Assembly: GCA_964187785.1 (NCBI GenBank)
Contig: OZ076409.1
Coordinates: 76,076,001 to 76,140,000 of the forward strand
Length of the DNA: 64,000 bases
Source: Amphiscolops sp. MND2022
Taxonomy: Eukaryota
Direction: 5' to 3'
Part shown: one piece after another, positions 15,001-28,110 of the stretch
Layout of the letters: the number at the start of each line of letters is the position of its first letter
How positions within the stretch are numbered: the stretch's first letter is position 1
The notes under the pieces: model-generated
Told to the model about the DNA's origin: nothing
Databases searched by the model: none
The model's input: the letters and a program-made list of their open reading frames with translations, nothing else
Program-made: the position numbers and the translations under genes

Positions 15001-18000
15001 AGAGTCTTTCAGTACTGAATGTTCGGTAGGGAACCCTACCCTACCTCACTATATTCTATTGGGGACAGCCCCCCGCCACCTAGCCCGGGATGTACGGGCG
15101 TCGTTAGAAGGGATTTGCCATACGTCGTCGAAGGGCATGCCTCGGCATGCCCACAGACGGTGGGCGTTGATGTAAAGTGTGTGGCGTTGACGTTAATTAA
15201 ACTAAAATATTACGTTTCAGCTTCCATAATGAAACGTAATAATCAATTTGAGCTTTTATAACTCTGTTACATACATTCCAATCAATACCATTTGTTAGTT
15301 AAATAAGTTTCCTGGCAATTAGGACACATTTTATATGGAAAAAATCAATTTTCTCAACAATTTGCTAACTATTATTCTAATAACGGAATCATCACGACAT
15401 AGTTTTTGTCGTTGGCAAACTTTTCTTGAAGCTCTATTTGATTCTAAAATGATACAAACATACCCAAAAACACACTTGATTGACGATTTTTGAAGGATAG
15501 CCCTTCCAAGTTGACACCAGGCCAACTTGAAAGGCTATCATGAGGTAACGGTTATGTTGGTTGAGGTTTCGGAGTCTCTAAAACTATATGGAAAAACTTT
15601 AATTTTTAAAAGTAGTCCTTAATAGTCGACAAAAGTACGCCGAAAGACATTTTAAAACCAAAAAACCTATCCTGTCTCCAACGGTTTGGACTTCCGGTGC
15701 TATATACCGTTACCCCCCACAAGGTTTCATGACTATGTTCACTACTGCAGACCGTCGAAACACCTAATAGATACTTTTATCTACAAAATACCAAACATTT
15801 GTACCCTATAAACAGAAAATTTGACCATTTCCGGTCGTTTACGGTACCAGGGGGACTTTGGGGTCAACATAACGGTTATTTCCGAATGCTCGCCTCATAT
15901 CCTCCCTTACCTCATATAGTGTCCAAGCACCTATTACCACTCCTTCCGCATCTAAATGCCCTTCAAATAGGACAAAAATGGCAATTTTACTCACATAACG
16001 GTCATTTCCGGTCCTAAGGGGTAACGGGGGGGTGACTGAAACTATGTCCCCCAACTCATCTCAATGAGTACTACAATAAGTTACCTAACGTTCCCTGCCT
16101 GGACCGACCCTTTGGGCTCAAAAAGTGACATTTCCGGTCACTTAGCGGTTAGGCTGGGGGCCAAGTCCGTAACGGTGATAGATAGCGGAAATCTGCTTGC
16201 CCCCCTGAAGGCACCATATCATGGGTATGAAACCTTGTAGTAGTGAAGGACACCGTAGCTCCACGCGTTCACGAGATATTTACCCCTCAATGCCCATTTT
16301 CCGTTTTAAACCGTAAAAAAACGGGCCGGAAGCCCCATTTCCTGCTAACGGGTTGGTCCAGGGGGTCCCAAACCACATGTTTCCGATAGATCCTTGTCTA
16401 AACCTACTTTTGATATATGGCACCCGACGCGCTACTCCCACTCCTTCACACCGGAAATAGCGGTAAAACATGGAGGGGGCATTTTTCCCGCTCATATAAC
16501 GGTCATTTCCCGTCCGGGGGGTAAACTGGGGTTGGCAAACTACTTGTCCCCCACTTCGTCTCAAGGCCGTCCCCAATACATCACCTAACGACCCCGCGCT
16601 CAGACGACTCCTTCCGGGTCAAAAACCTGCGTTTCCGGAAAAATAACGGTTTGAGCGGGGGGGTACTTGGAGATAGCTTCAAGATAGAAAAATTTGGTTT
16701 GGACCTCCGGAGCCCTTGCAATACAGTCAAGAAACTTTTAGCAGGGTCCCAAAGTTTTAAACCAACAGGAAAAAAGTTATGCGACCGGATATAAATTTTA
16801 CCCCCAAAATGACCCCTAACGGTCGCCCGTGTACCCCGTCAAAATATTTCAATCACGCTGGAACCCGGTGGGGGGCGAATAACTTTGGAAAATCTGGTGG
16901 GGGCCGCTCCAACTTTAAAATCCTATGGTTAGATCACGAGATCCCGAAATTTTTGCAAGATTTCCTATCGATAGCTATTAGAGTTGAAATCGGATTCAGG
17001 ACCCTACCCGAATCCTCCAAAAATTTTGTTGGGGTTACCCCCCCGCACCTAGCTGCTACCGCGGGTGGGTGTAGATATGAAATGTATTTGGTATACGTCG
17101 TCGAAGGGCATGCCTCGGCATGCCCACAGACGGTGGGCGTTGGTGTAAAGTATGTGGCGTTGACGTTAATTAAACTATAATATGACGTTTCAGCTCACAT
17201 AATAAAACGTAATAATCAATTTGAACTTTTATTACCTGGTATATACAATCCAATCAATACCATTTGTTTGGTAAAGAGGTTTTCTGGCTTTTAGGACACT
17301 TTTGAAATGTAAAAAAACAACTTAATCAATATTTTGTTAACTATTACTCTAATAACGGAATCATCACGACGTAGTTTTTGTCGTTGGCAAACATTTCTTG
17401 AAGCTCTAATTGATTCTAAAATGATTCAAACATACCCAAAAACACACTTGATCAACGATTTTTGAAGGATAGCCCTTCCAAGTTGACACCAGGCCAACTT
17501 GAAAGGCTATCATAAGGTAACGGTTATGTTGTTTGAGGTTTGGGAGTCTCTGAAACTATATGGAAAAACTTTAATTTTAAAAAATATTCCATATTAGTTG
17601 ACAAAAGTACGCCGAAAGACATTTTAAAACGGAAAAACCTATCCCGTCTCTAACGTTTTGGACTTCCGGTGCTATATACCGTTACCCCCCACAAGGTTTC
17701 ATGACTATGTTCACTACTGCAGACCGTCGAAACACCTAATAGATACTTTTATTTACAAAATACCAAACATTTGTACCCAATAGACACAAAATTTGACCAT
17801 TTCCGGTCGTTTACGGTACCAGGGGGACTTTAGGGTCAACATAACGGTTATGTCTGAATGTTCGCCTCACGTCCTCCATTCCATCATATAGTGTCCAAGC
17901 ACCTATTACCACTCCTTCCGCACCTAATTGCCCTTCAAAAAGTACAAAAATCCCAATTTTACCCACATAACGGTCATTTCCGGTCACAAGGGGTAACGGG

Positions 18001-19023
18001 GGGTGACTGAAACTATGTCCCCCAACTCGTCTCAATGAGTACTACAAAAAGTTATCTAACGTTCCCTGGCTGGGACCGACCCTTTGGGCTCAAAAAGTGA
18101 CATTTCCGGTCACATAGCGGTTAGGCTGGGGGGCCAAGTCCGTAACGGTGATAGATAGCGGAAATCTGTTTGCCCCCCTGAAGGCACCATATCATGGGTA
18201 TGAAACCTTGTAGTAGTGAAGGACACCGTAGCTCCACGCGTTCACGAGATATTTACCCCTCAATGCCCATTTTCCGTTTTTAACCGAAAAAAAAGGAGGC
18301 GGAAGCCCCATTTCCCGCTAACGGGTTGGGTCAGGGGGTCCCAAACCACATGTTTTTGATAGATCCTTGTCTAAACCTACTTTTGATATATGGCACCCGA
18401 CGCGCTACTCCCACACCTTCACACCGGAAATAGCGGTAAACCGTGGAGGGGGGCATTTTTTACGCTCATATAACGGTCATTTCCCGTCCGGGGGGTAAAT
18501 TGAGGTTGGCAAACTACTTGTCCCCCACTTTGTCTCAAGGCCGTCCCCAAAACATCACCTAACGACCCCGCGCTCAGACGACTCCTTCCGGGTCAAAAAC
18601 CTGCGTTTCCGGAAAAATAACGGTTTGAGCGGGGGGGTACTTGGAGATAGCTTCAAGATAGAAAAATTTGGTTTGCACCTCCGGAGCCCTTGCAACATGG
18701 TCGAAAAACCTTTAGAAGGGTTCCCAAACTTTTAAACCAACAGGAAAAAAGTTATATGGACCAATATGAATTTTACCCCTAAAATGACCCCCTAACTGTC
18801 GCCCGTGTGGCCAAAAAAAAATTTTCCGGGGTATGGAGCCCGGTGGGGGGCGATCTATTCGGGAAAATCTGGTGGGGGCCGCTCCAACTTTCAAATCCTA
18901 CGGTTAGTTCCCGAGATCCCGGTTTTTGAGGGAAATTTTCTACTGATAGCTGGCGGTACTAAGATCGGATTCAGGACCCTACCCGAATCCTCCAATATCT
19001 TTGTTGGGGTTACCCCCCCGCAC
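1..19023 (-). repeat. Tandem array of ~2 kb non-coding cassette units (left array); runs off the window start
   Basis: The junction CAC|CTAG recurs with CTAG starting at 383, 2376, 4349, 6319, 8294, 10286, 12282, 15080 and 17049. The array ends at CAC|CGAG (19021-19027). Units are 1969-1996 bp except one of 2798 bp. Each carries the hairpin GGGCATGCC-TC-GGCATGCCC (e.g. 440-459) and the palindrome GATAGCC..CAAGTTGAC-n5-G(T/C)CAACTTG..GGCTATC (e.g. 800-843). Confidence 0.97.
12282..15079 (-). repeat. Divergent 2.8 kb array unit with an internal ~500-bp tandem duplication
   Basis: It has the same terminal motifs but a different AT-rich block (12400-13450). The motif ttccggtaa-atagcggtt-ggc-ggggg-c-aagtccgtaacggtg recurs at ~13651, ~14154 and ~14657. 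Confidence 0.9.
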
Positions 19024-21757
19024 CGAGCCGTACAACAAATATGCTAATCGCCACAAAATATAACCAAATGAAAAAAATCGCTGATATGGAATTCTTTCGA
19101 CGCATTGAATAGCGTTTCATTTCTCGCCGATTTGAATGTTCGACGAATTGAAGTTGCACCCTAAAATATTATTGGTTGATTCAGCCTCGCTGACATACTC
19201 CAATTATGTAATCATTGCAAGTTGTGAGAGGAACTGAAAATGGAATGCATGCACAATCGATCAATTGCTCAGTCGTCTAACTGAGCGGTCGTCCAATTGA
19301 ACGGTTCTCGTACAACACAGGATTACGTCATCAAACCCTGTCACTCAATGACGTCACCGGGTGTCACCACATGCGCGGAAACTCCGAGACCGATAAAAAC
19401 GGATACTTTAGAGGTCAGTGAATGGAAAAGAAAAGGTCACACTGGGAACGACAAACTGTCTAAAACCCAAACGAAAAAAAACAAAAGTGCTTCAAAAGCA
19501 ATGTAACATACATTGGTATCATTACAGTGCATAGGCAAGCTATTTTGCTGCCTGTCGTGGAATCCAGGACACGAAAATTCCGCTGCTTGTCCGTGGAATG
19601 CTTGTTTGTGGAATCCGGGACTTATGACGTAATTTGCCAATTTTGCAGTGCGCGTTCTCCAATGACGTTCATTTTTTGCTCTTTCAAAGATTTCAAAAGC
19701 AAGCCGAGAGTCGGAGCCCGCTCAAGGTTCAAAAGACTGAAGTTTTTTGAAATTGCAAAAAGAAACTACTGTTGAAACGTGGGCTTTTTGAAAATCCATT
19801 TTGTTGCAAAATATCTCAAAAAAATGAAGGGGACCCTTCGGAGACATTAAAAAACTTTTGGAAAAAAGTCTCACGAAGCCGAAACAAGCATAAAAACTTT
19901 TGGTCAATTGCCAAGTGGCAGAAGAAATTACAAGTTACGAAGCAACAGCTTATAAAACTTATAAAAGCTGTCAGTTTGTCAGTCTGGACGCCGACGAAAA
20001 ATAGAGAAAGAATACTGAACAAGCCGGGAACAACCCAAGTCGACGTCCGGCTCAAGGAAAAAATTGCAAGACAATTTCCTGACTTGAATTACACAGAAAA
20101 TGAAAAAACGCCAAAAACGTCCCATAGTACCGAAAACGAGCATGAACTGAACTGTTTTGGGCAAAAAGCAACAAAACGAACCTGAAAAAACGAATCAAAA
20201 TGTAAAAAATGAAGGGGGCGCCCCTTGGTACAATAGCAGAAAGATTTTGATAACAACAGCCAATAAAAAGAGTCGATATATATGAAGAGATCAACTAACA
20301 TTCTTTTTATCTAGGGTGGAAATAGTAGATAGCACAAAAAGAGATGTGGGGGCAAGATTTCCAAGTGAAAGAGATCCAAGATTTCTATTAGAAATATATT
20401 TCTGGATGTTCATGGAAGATTCGTACAATTTATGAATGCTTCCGCCGGGTTGAATATCCACTGACTCCAAAGACAAAAATTTTGGCTTCTTTACATATTT
20501 TTCAACGGAGCTATCGGAATCGTTTAGAAAAAACGCAATATACTTCGGATATATCGTCAAAACTTTCAAATCTCCGCCACCTCCTTAGTCAAACGCAATT
20601 TACTTCGAAAAAATTCGGATATAACGAGCTGAGCCTTTTTATAGCGTGTTGGAGGATTTTAGCATTTTGTAGAACTTTATTTTGGTCAGTTCGCGTAGAT
20701 TGAAAAAAAAGTCACTATAATAGTCGCCTTTCACTTCATGAAGCGCCGACTAAAAATTAAAGACAAACGAAAAGCCACTATCAAAATAGTCGCGCTTTTC
20801 ATTTTAAATAAAGCGCCGACTAAGAATGGCCGAAATGAAAAAAAATGGTGAAAAGGAGATTTTTACTTCAATTGTCGATCGAGCGAAGGGGGAATGTATC
20901 TGCTGAGGTGTTTAATGTTGAAAAAACCCTTTCTGCTTACTGCGTACACTGGTCAAAGGGTTGGGTGAATTTAGGGACCATGTTTCTTATAAGGAACAAG
21001 CTAAAATTGTATAAAATTGACCCTATTTTAACGCACATTTTCTCTGCCAGAAATTGAAATGTAAAACGATAGGATTAAGTCGGCATCAATTATTCCATTG
21101 AACAGAAATTTCAGCGCAAACGATGTAGACATAACGGTATTCGAATCTTGTTTTTATCCATTAATCTTGATTCCATTCGTTAATTCCAAAAATAAGACAT
21201 TCAAAATTAACAAAATAGACATTCAAAATTAGCATACGCTACTATCATGCAACTGGAGAGGTAGAAAGAATAAAAATGCTGCTTCGAATAGCGGCGCAAA
21301 CTTTCAATCTTAATTACCAGCGGTAGCGAGCAGTGGTCTGCTGAGGATTACTCAAATAGGCCCCTCCGGGGCACACTATTATTTCTGCTTTAATCTTTCA
21401 GTAATAATATATTCATATCTGGAATACCAATACACTCCTGTTTAATCATTATTTAGCGCACAATTAATCACCGTATCAGTTTACACCGCTTCTCGGTCTA
21501 AATTTCTCGGTCTGAAGCAAATATAACCACTAAGCGTAGACAAAGTTTCGCATTCGCATTTGAATGCACGCAAAGCTCTCAGCGCGCGAATAATTACCAT
21601 TCATTCGCTTCATCTCAATAACTCGCCGTACGAAAACATAATTACGAACATTCGCTCGCTTCATCTCAATGACGTCAGCGTACGAATGCATAATTACCAC
21701 TCGCTCGTTCCATCGCACGAGAAACGATTTGCTGTCGGCAGCTTGTAAAAAAAATTA

Positions 21758-21830
21758 GCGCATACGCACCGACTCGAACACAAAACCTCTGAGTTGAAAA
21801 GCAAGCATCTTACCACTAGACCACGAGCGC
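21758..21830 (-). pseudogene. tRNA-like segment (SINE head or tRNA pseudogene) within a dispersed repeat
   Basis: The minus strand has box A TGGTCTAGTGG and box B GTTCGAGTC, but the stems are imperfect. The adjacent 21350-21745 recurs inverted at ~43175-43520. Confidence 0.55.
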
Positions 21831-22564
21831 CTAAACTGTGCGACTTGCCGGCTGAAACGAGTGATCGCGCGGAAAAAATAAAAGCACTCGCACTTTACCA
21901 TTACACTTGTCTATCGCAAGTGTAATCAATCTTCAATACGACCCACACACACACACGAGAATTGAACTGTCGTCGGCAGCTTGAGAAATTTGATTCTCAC
22001 GCTTATAGTCACTGCCGAACAAAATATCTGAATTATTCAGTATCATACCAAGAATTTTACTGAAAAAAAGTATACATCTTGAGGCTTCAATAATATTCCT
22101 GCCACCGCCAAAAAATAAATGAATGTCAATTTGGGAATTTTGAATTGAAAATTTATTCTTTCATCTGATTGGTTCTAGAATTTTAAATGTCGTTCTGCTA
22201 AGTTTCTCGGATACACTGGTCGAGGAGTTGGGAGGTTTTAGGGATCAAATTTCTTATGTGCCCCCAACACGAAAGCAACTTTTATGCTGAAAAAAAAAAC
22301 GTCTTAGGCGAATGAAAGAAATTGATATGGCTATAAATATTTGTCTCTGTAGTTGTTTCAACACTTGAAGCAAAAAATTATCCAAATTTTTCTGACAAAA
22401 AAAAACAAAACTGTACAGGAAAGCCCCAATTTTAAAGCACATTTTCTCCGCCATCAATTAAAATGTAAAACGATAGGATTATGTCGGCATCCACTATTTT
22501 ATTGGACAGAAATTTCAGCGCAAACGATGAAAACAATTGTAATTGAACCTCGTTGCTTACAGGG

Positions 22565-22995
22565 TGTCAGGACATTTCGTCCTATACACTTTCAACCTAT
22601 GCAATTTCAACCGTTGGCATTTCAACTGCTTGCAATTTCAACCTATTGCGTTTACAACCGTCCGCAATTTCGACCTAAACTAATTTTGGCTATTTCGTCT
22701 TAATGCGGTTGAGCTATCATTTCAGTACAATAATTACTAATGAATCAAACAGCCTTAATTAATGGTAATTATTCATGAAGAAACCAAAACGTATCAAAAC
22801 TGGTGTAAAAATTAGCACATTTAAGTTTAGAAATGAATGAATAAATTTTACCACCTCAAATAATTATATAACTAATATGATCGATTAGCCAAAAATTAGA
22901 TCGAAATTGTGGACGGTTGAAAATGCAATGGGTTGAAATTGCAAGCAGTTGAAATGGCCACGGCTGAAATTGCATAGGACAAAATGTAACCGCTC
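22565..22995. mobile_element. Foldback/MITE-like element with long imperfect inverted arms
   Basis: The left arm acattt-gtcctat..(atttcaacc)n mirrors the right arm (ggttgaaat)n..ataggacaaaatgt, around an AT-rich core. Confidence 0.6.
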
Positions 22996-23394
22996 ACAGC
23001 CCCCCACAATGGCTTGGTAAGGGAAATAAGTAACATGGTGCGGTTTCAGTGTAAAGTCGCAGTGCCAAAAAATGTAAAGGGGGACCCTTTGGGATTTTTT
23101 AACATCCATTCTGTCGCAAAACATCGAAAAACTGAAAGGGGGACCCTTTAGTCTCTCCCGATACGGTATGTTACGCGGAATGACAGGAAAAACTTTTTTG
23201 GTTCAGTTCGCTAGGCCAAATGATTCAATTTGGGACCATAAAATTTCGTAGATTTTTGTAGAACTATTTGGTCAGTTCATGTGGATTACTATAATATATG
23301 ATAAAAAAAGTCACTATAATAGTCGCATCGCGTTTCACTTCATGAAGCACCGACTAAAAAGAAAGGAATAAGAAACATGGTGCGGCGGTTTCAG

Positions 23395-23726
23395 TGTACC
23401 ACTACCGTCTGAACAAGCGCACGGGGAGACGGGAGAGGAGCGCGGTGACGTTTGTGTTCGACAAGGAGGACGCGGAGGAGAACTGGAAGACGGGGCAGCT
23501 TTGGCACCGGGCAGTGAACCTGCTGCTGAGGGGAATCTGCGACATATCACGTGACCAGATCCTGCAGAGACACTGGGCCGAGCACCGGGTGCTGGTCATC
23601 ATCAACCCCGTCAGTGGCCGCAAGAGGGGCATGCAGACCTACTGGAACATCGTGGCCCCCATGCTGGTAGAGGCCAGTGTCAAGTTCAAGTCACTCGTCA
23701 CCTCTGGCACCGGCCACGCCGCACAG
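23395..23726 (+). CDS. Sphingosine kinase-like gene, internal exon A (start of the DAGK-type catalytic domain)
   Basis: GC-rich coding-like segment with a ttcag acceptor and CAG|gtcagt donor. It encodes RVLVIINPVSGRKRG...VAPMLVEA...GHA, matching sphingosine kinase region C1. Confidence 0.88.
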
Positions 23727-23770
23727 GTCAGTCAGTGAGTCAGCCAGTCAAGGTTGTTGATTATACTATA

Positions 23771-24294
23771 AACAAGCCGACCGGCCCAAGTCGGAGCCAT
23801 ATCTAAGGCTCAAAAAGACTCGAAAACGAAAACCACTTTTTCTACAACTGGAGACAACAAAAGCTCTCAAAAAACTAAAAATTGAGAAAAAAAATTTCCG
23901 AATTTTTTTTGAAGTTTCCGGTAAGTCGTATAGTGCCGAAAAATATAAAAGGGGCGACGCTTTGGGATTTTTTGAACTTCCATTCTGTTGCAAAATATCA
24001 AAAATTGATGGGAGAAACAATAAAAAAAATTTAGGAAAAAAATCAGTCTCACAGTGCCAAAAAAGGAGGAAAGTCTCATAGTGTCGAAAAAAGTGGACCC
24101 TTCTGCTTTGGAATGGCTTTTTATCTCATGTTAGAGGCTTTGGATGCGTTGAAAATGAAGTACTAAGTACATATGGTAAAAGTTGGTAAATGTGCATTAA
24201 TGCACAAAAAGTAGACGCTTCGCGTTGAACTGACGAAAAAAAACTAGCCATTGTAAGAGCCGGGATTTTCTTCGAAAACGCCGACTAAAAAAAA
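23771..24294 (-). mobile_element. DINE-1/HINE-like non-autonomous Helentron-type element
   Basis: Subterminal inverted repeats GTCGG(A/C)GC / (A/G)CGCCGAC, a short GC-rich block beside the aacaag end, an A-run at the other end, and internal repeats shared with the other copies. Confidence 0.6.
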
Positions 24295-24610
24295 CTAGAT
24301 TCAGATATAGTTTCAGGTATATTCAGATATATATTTCAAAAACTAGATCGTAAACAACTGGAAAAAGTGTCTGCAAAAACAGAAAACTTAAATTTTTTCA
24401 GGTTTTTTCTTGTTTTATTCATCAATAAAACAACTTAACAACTTTGCAGTCAGTCGGAATAGCACATCGGGAACAACAGCTTGTTATTTTCCACCCCACA
24501 AACTTATTTGTGTATGGGGGAGGAAAATGTCATCTGTGTTGCGTTTTTTTTCCAAATCCTGCCAAATCTCTACGGTCTCCATTCACTTCAGCTAGTTGTA
24601 ATTGTAGTAA

Positions 24611-24729
24611 CTATGGCTCAGCTGGTAGTGCATCCGCCTCTCAGGCAGTTGTTAGAGGGTTCGAATCTCGCCTTCGCCAGACTTTTTTGAGAAGGCAGAA
24701 AATATCACGGAGCTTAGCGGGCGTCTTGT
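24611..24729 (+). mobile_element. tRNA-derived SINE-like repeat
   Basis: Box A TGGCTCAGCTGG and box B GGTTCGAATC. The 3' end gcttagcgggcgtcttgt is shared with copies at ~36606-36770 (+) and ~43521-43620 (-). Confidence 0.65.
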
Positions 24730-25114
24730 AATATATGTAATATAATGAACGTTTATAATATATCTATAATATAATGAGCGTATAAGTAGTTTCTGTACGG
24801 ACGGTCCTTCAGTTGGATAGAAACAATCAAGCCAGGGCACGGCCCAAGTCGGCGCCCCGCCAAAGGTTAAAAAAAGTAAAGTGTTTTGGATATGCGGAGG
24901 GATCTCGGCACAAAAAATACCGTTGTAATTCTGATCAAAATCCGATCTGATCAAAATCCGATCTGATCAAAATCCGATCAACTTTGGCGCCTGGAATTGT
25001 TTTGTCGAAAGCATGTCATAAGAAAATAGCTGTCTTTAGCTTCTTGTGTTATATTTCAGTGAAATTTTAAGGCAAACAGCTCAGAAACAACTAAAATTAG
25101 CCTATTTTATGGAA

Positions 25115-25709
25115 AACAAGACGAGAACGTCTAAAGTCGGCGCCATATCTAGGGCTCAAAAAGCGCAAAACATTTTTTTTGGAAAAAAACTTGTAGTTTT
25201 TGAAAAACAATTTCTTTTTAAAAAAGTCGCATAGTGCCGAAAAATGTAGAAGGGGGGACCCTTTGGGATTGATTAACATACATTCAGTTGCAAAATATGA
25301 GAAAACTCGAAGGGTCCACTTTTCTTATAATTCTTACAATCTTAAAATCTTACAATTCTTACTTAGCAAATTTAAATACTGGCGCAAAAGCTTGCGAAGT
25401 AGTTTGTGCAAAAGGGATCCTTTTGAGACATTAAAAATTTTTTTCGAAAAAAAAGTCTCACAGAGCCGAAAATACTCTAAGGAGGGCGTACCCTTTGGTC
25501 CCTTTGAGTTTCTAAGATGATGTAAAAATACTACTTCGCAAGCTTTTGCGCCAGTATTTTAAATTTGCTAAGTAAGAATTGTAAGATTTTAAGATTGTAA
25601 GAATTATAAGAAAAGTGGACCGATCAGTGTGAGGATTGTAGTCTGAAAAAAAACAGTCACTGCTATAGTCGGGCATTTTTCCCTTAATGGAAAAGCGCCG
25701 ACTAAAAAA
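25115..25709 (-). mobile_element. DINE-1/HINE-like element
   Basis: One end is aacaagacgagaacgtct (stem-loop) plus gtcggcgcc; the other is tagtcgg...gcgccgactaaaaa. Internal agggggaccctttg repeats. Confidence 0.65.
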
Positions 25710-26742
25710 CTAAAAATGGAAACCCATGTTATATTGGTGGTAGAAGTTTCAAACAAACAGAATTTTTAATTACATGTAATACCAAAAAAATTGCATCTAA
25801 CTTCAGTGCTTTTTGAGTTCTCATGCTTTTCAAATCAAACAATTGCGCCCCTTATATCTTATAACTTTTTCACAGAACTGTTTAAGTTTGAACATTTCCA
25901 TTATTCACAAAATTAGGCGAAACCATTTTCTACAATTTCATTGGAGTCGCGTACTCAAAAATTTCATATCCTTTCAAAAGTGACAAAATTACCCTAATTT
26001 TAGGAAATCACAAATTGTGCGAAATTCGGCCTAAATTCTTACCAATCATGCATTTCTTACAAGAATCTTACAAGTTTGTACAAGAATCGCAAATTTTGCA
26101 AAATTGTTACAATGTTGAACAATGTTTCTTTCTTACAAGAATCTGATAACATTTCTGCAAAATTCGCATCTATTGGTAAAAAATTCTTACAAAAAATGTG
26201 TTATTTCGACCAAAAATTCGTTCAAGATTTTTTGGACTCAATTTGTTTTTTTTTAATAACATCCGAATTAAAAGTGTGTATATATTATAATTCAAAAAAG
26301 ATACTCAATGTTTCAGAAGGGAAGCAAATAACTTTCGGCACAGTGAATAATTGAGAAACGAAAAAGGCTGTAAGAGTTTTGGTGGACATAATGAACAAAA
26401 AGCTACTACGCAAAGTAAAATTGACGCAATATGTGTAAAATAAATATGCAAGCAATGAGAATGGAATGTAGCTAAGTAGGAAAGAAACAGATTGGATGTG
26501 ACCGGCTTTAATCTCATACACGGTCGGTCTCTTACTCTACGTAGTTGGTCCTTACCATTAAGTGGAGCAGAAAATATGAAATTAAAGCACGAAAGTAACA
26601 AAAGTCAATAGTTTTTTATTTCCATTTATATTAATATAAATGATTTTTCACGATTTAAATTACGGAAAAATCATTGCGATAATTTAAATTATCATGCAAT
26701 TATAAATCAGTGCCAAAGAATGTCGATTCTTTGAGGTACTCA

Positions 26743-27210
26743 TTTTTAGTCGGCGCTTTTCTTCAGAAAAGAGTCGACTATAGTCATGGCTTTTCGTCAG
26801 TGTTTCTTTTAAGACCACCTGAACTGACAAAAATAGTTCTACAAAATATTATTGCACCAAATTGCACCATTTGGCCTAGCGAACTGAACCAAAAAGGTTT
26901 TTCCTGTTTTCCCGCGTAACATACCATACCGGGCGAGACCAAAGGGTCCCCCTTTCAGTTTTTTTCGGCTTTGTGAGACTTTTTTCCCCAAAGGGTCCCC
27001 CCTTCAATTTTTTTGCTGTTTTGCGACAGAATGAATGGAAAATCCCAAAGGGTCCCTCTTTCAGTTTTTTTCGGCATTGTGAGACTCTTTTTCCAAAAAA
27101 TTTTTTTCATAAAAGGGTCCCCAACTCACAAATACTTTGACATATTGAAGTCCTTTTGCTATTTTTGAGCCTTAGATATGGCGCCGACTTATGCCGGTCC
27201 CGACTTGTTT
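26743..27210 (+). mobile_element. DINE-1/HINE-like element (opposite orientation)
   Basis: Starts tttttagtcggcgc...cgacta, contains aaagggtcccc repeats, ends ggcgccgactt...cttgtt. Confidence 0.65.
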
Positions 27211-27848
27211 GGCATAGAAGACGTCTTGGAAAACTGCTGATGATGGTATAATACACACTTCACCAAGTCTGGGAAATTTGTTTTCGACTTGAAAAACTAA
27301 AAAATGCAGTCATGTTAGTGTGCAAACACGCCTCAAATTTGAACCGAGTACCATATTTATTGACACTTAAATTGGCGACGCATAATTTACATTCCCGATT
27401 ATTCAAATGATCGTAGTTATGGTTATGGCTATTTTAATTGATAATTTAAATGGTATTAAATTATGAATTATAATTTAAATGGAATTAATAATAAAAACGG
27501 ACATCATGTTGGCAATCAGGAAAATGCAACTTGAAAGACCAAGAGTCGAAAATAAAAACATACTTTTGGGAGATTTACTCGAGAAATCATGCTGCATATT
27601 TTGGAAAAAATCAAACCACCTCGTTTCGATTGGACAGTTAAAATAAGAGTTTCTTAGGAATTTAAAAGACAATCTGTAAATATGCTACAAACTTGCGAAA
27701 ATGGTCATTTCGATTCAACCTAGAATCCATAGGCTTTCGATTAGCTGTTTGAAGAGAACCGACTGAAGCAATTCGGAGAAAAACGTCGTTAAGTGACAAT
27801 TTTCACAACTTTCTATCAAGTATCCCTCAAAAAGAAATCGTGGATCTC

Positions 27849-27917
27849 TGTAATCTCAGGATGAAAAAATTCAGTTTCGTAAAGTTCAACTGTTTTGTAT
27901 CACGACTTTTTGTATCA
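27849..27917 (-). repeat. Truncated 3' LTR
   Basis: 69 bp matching 33727-33795 with one mismatch. The rest of the LTR and the PPT are deleted. Confidence 0.9.
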
Positions 27918-27940
27918 TTGTTTGTGGTGCTGTTTGTATG

Positions 27941-28110
27941 TATGGCGGTTATTCCTCCATTGGTCCGTGTGTTTGTGGGCGGTCGTCCGTTCCAAGCTTC
28001 TATGGCGGTTATTCCTCCATTGGTCCGTGTGTTTGTGGGCGGTCATCCGTTCCAAGCTTCTATGGCGGTTATATCTCCGTTGGTCTGATGGTTTGTGGAC
28101 GGTCACCCGT
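27941..28110. repeat. 60-bp tandem repeat (~2.8 copies) in the Gypsy 3' region
   Basis: tatggcggttattcctccattggtccgtgtgtttgtgggcggtc.tccgttccaagcttc at 27941, 28001 and 28061. Confidence 0.9.

Noticed and set aside
164..19047. Recurrent 60-160 aa ORFs in the left array
   Set aside because: Many start at non-ATG codons, stops and frames differ between units, and no protein motifs are recognisable. They are by-products of the repeat.
21758..21830. Functional tRNA gene
   Set aside because: The acceptor and anticodon stems pair poorly, and it sits within a dispersed repeat.
24931..24980. 16-bp tandem repeat (ctgatcaaaatccgat x3)
   Set aside because: An ordinary local slippage duplication with no further structure.
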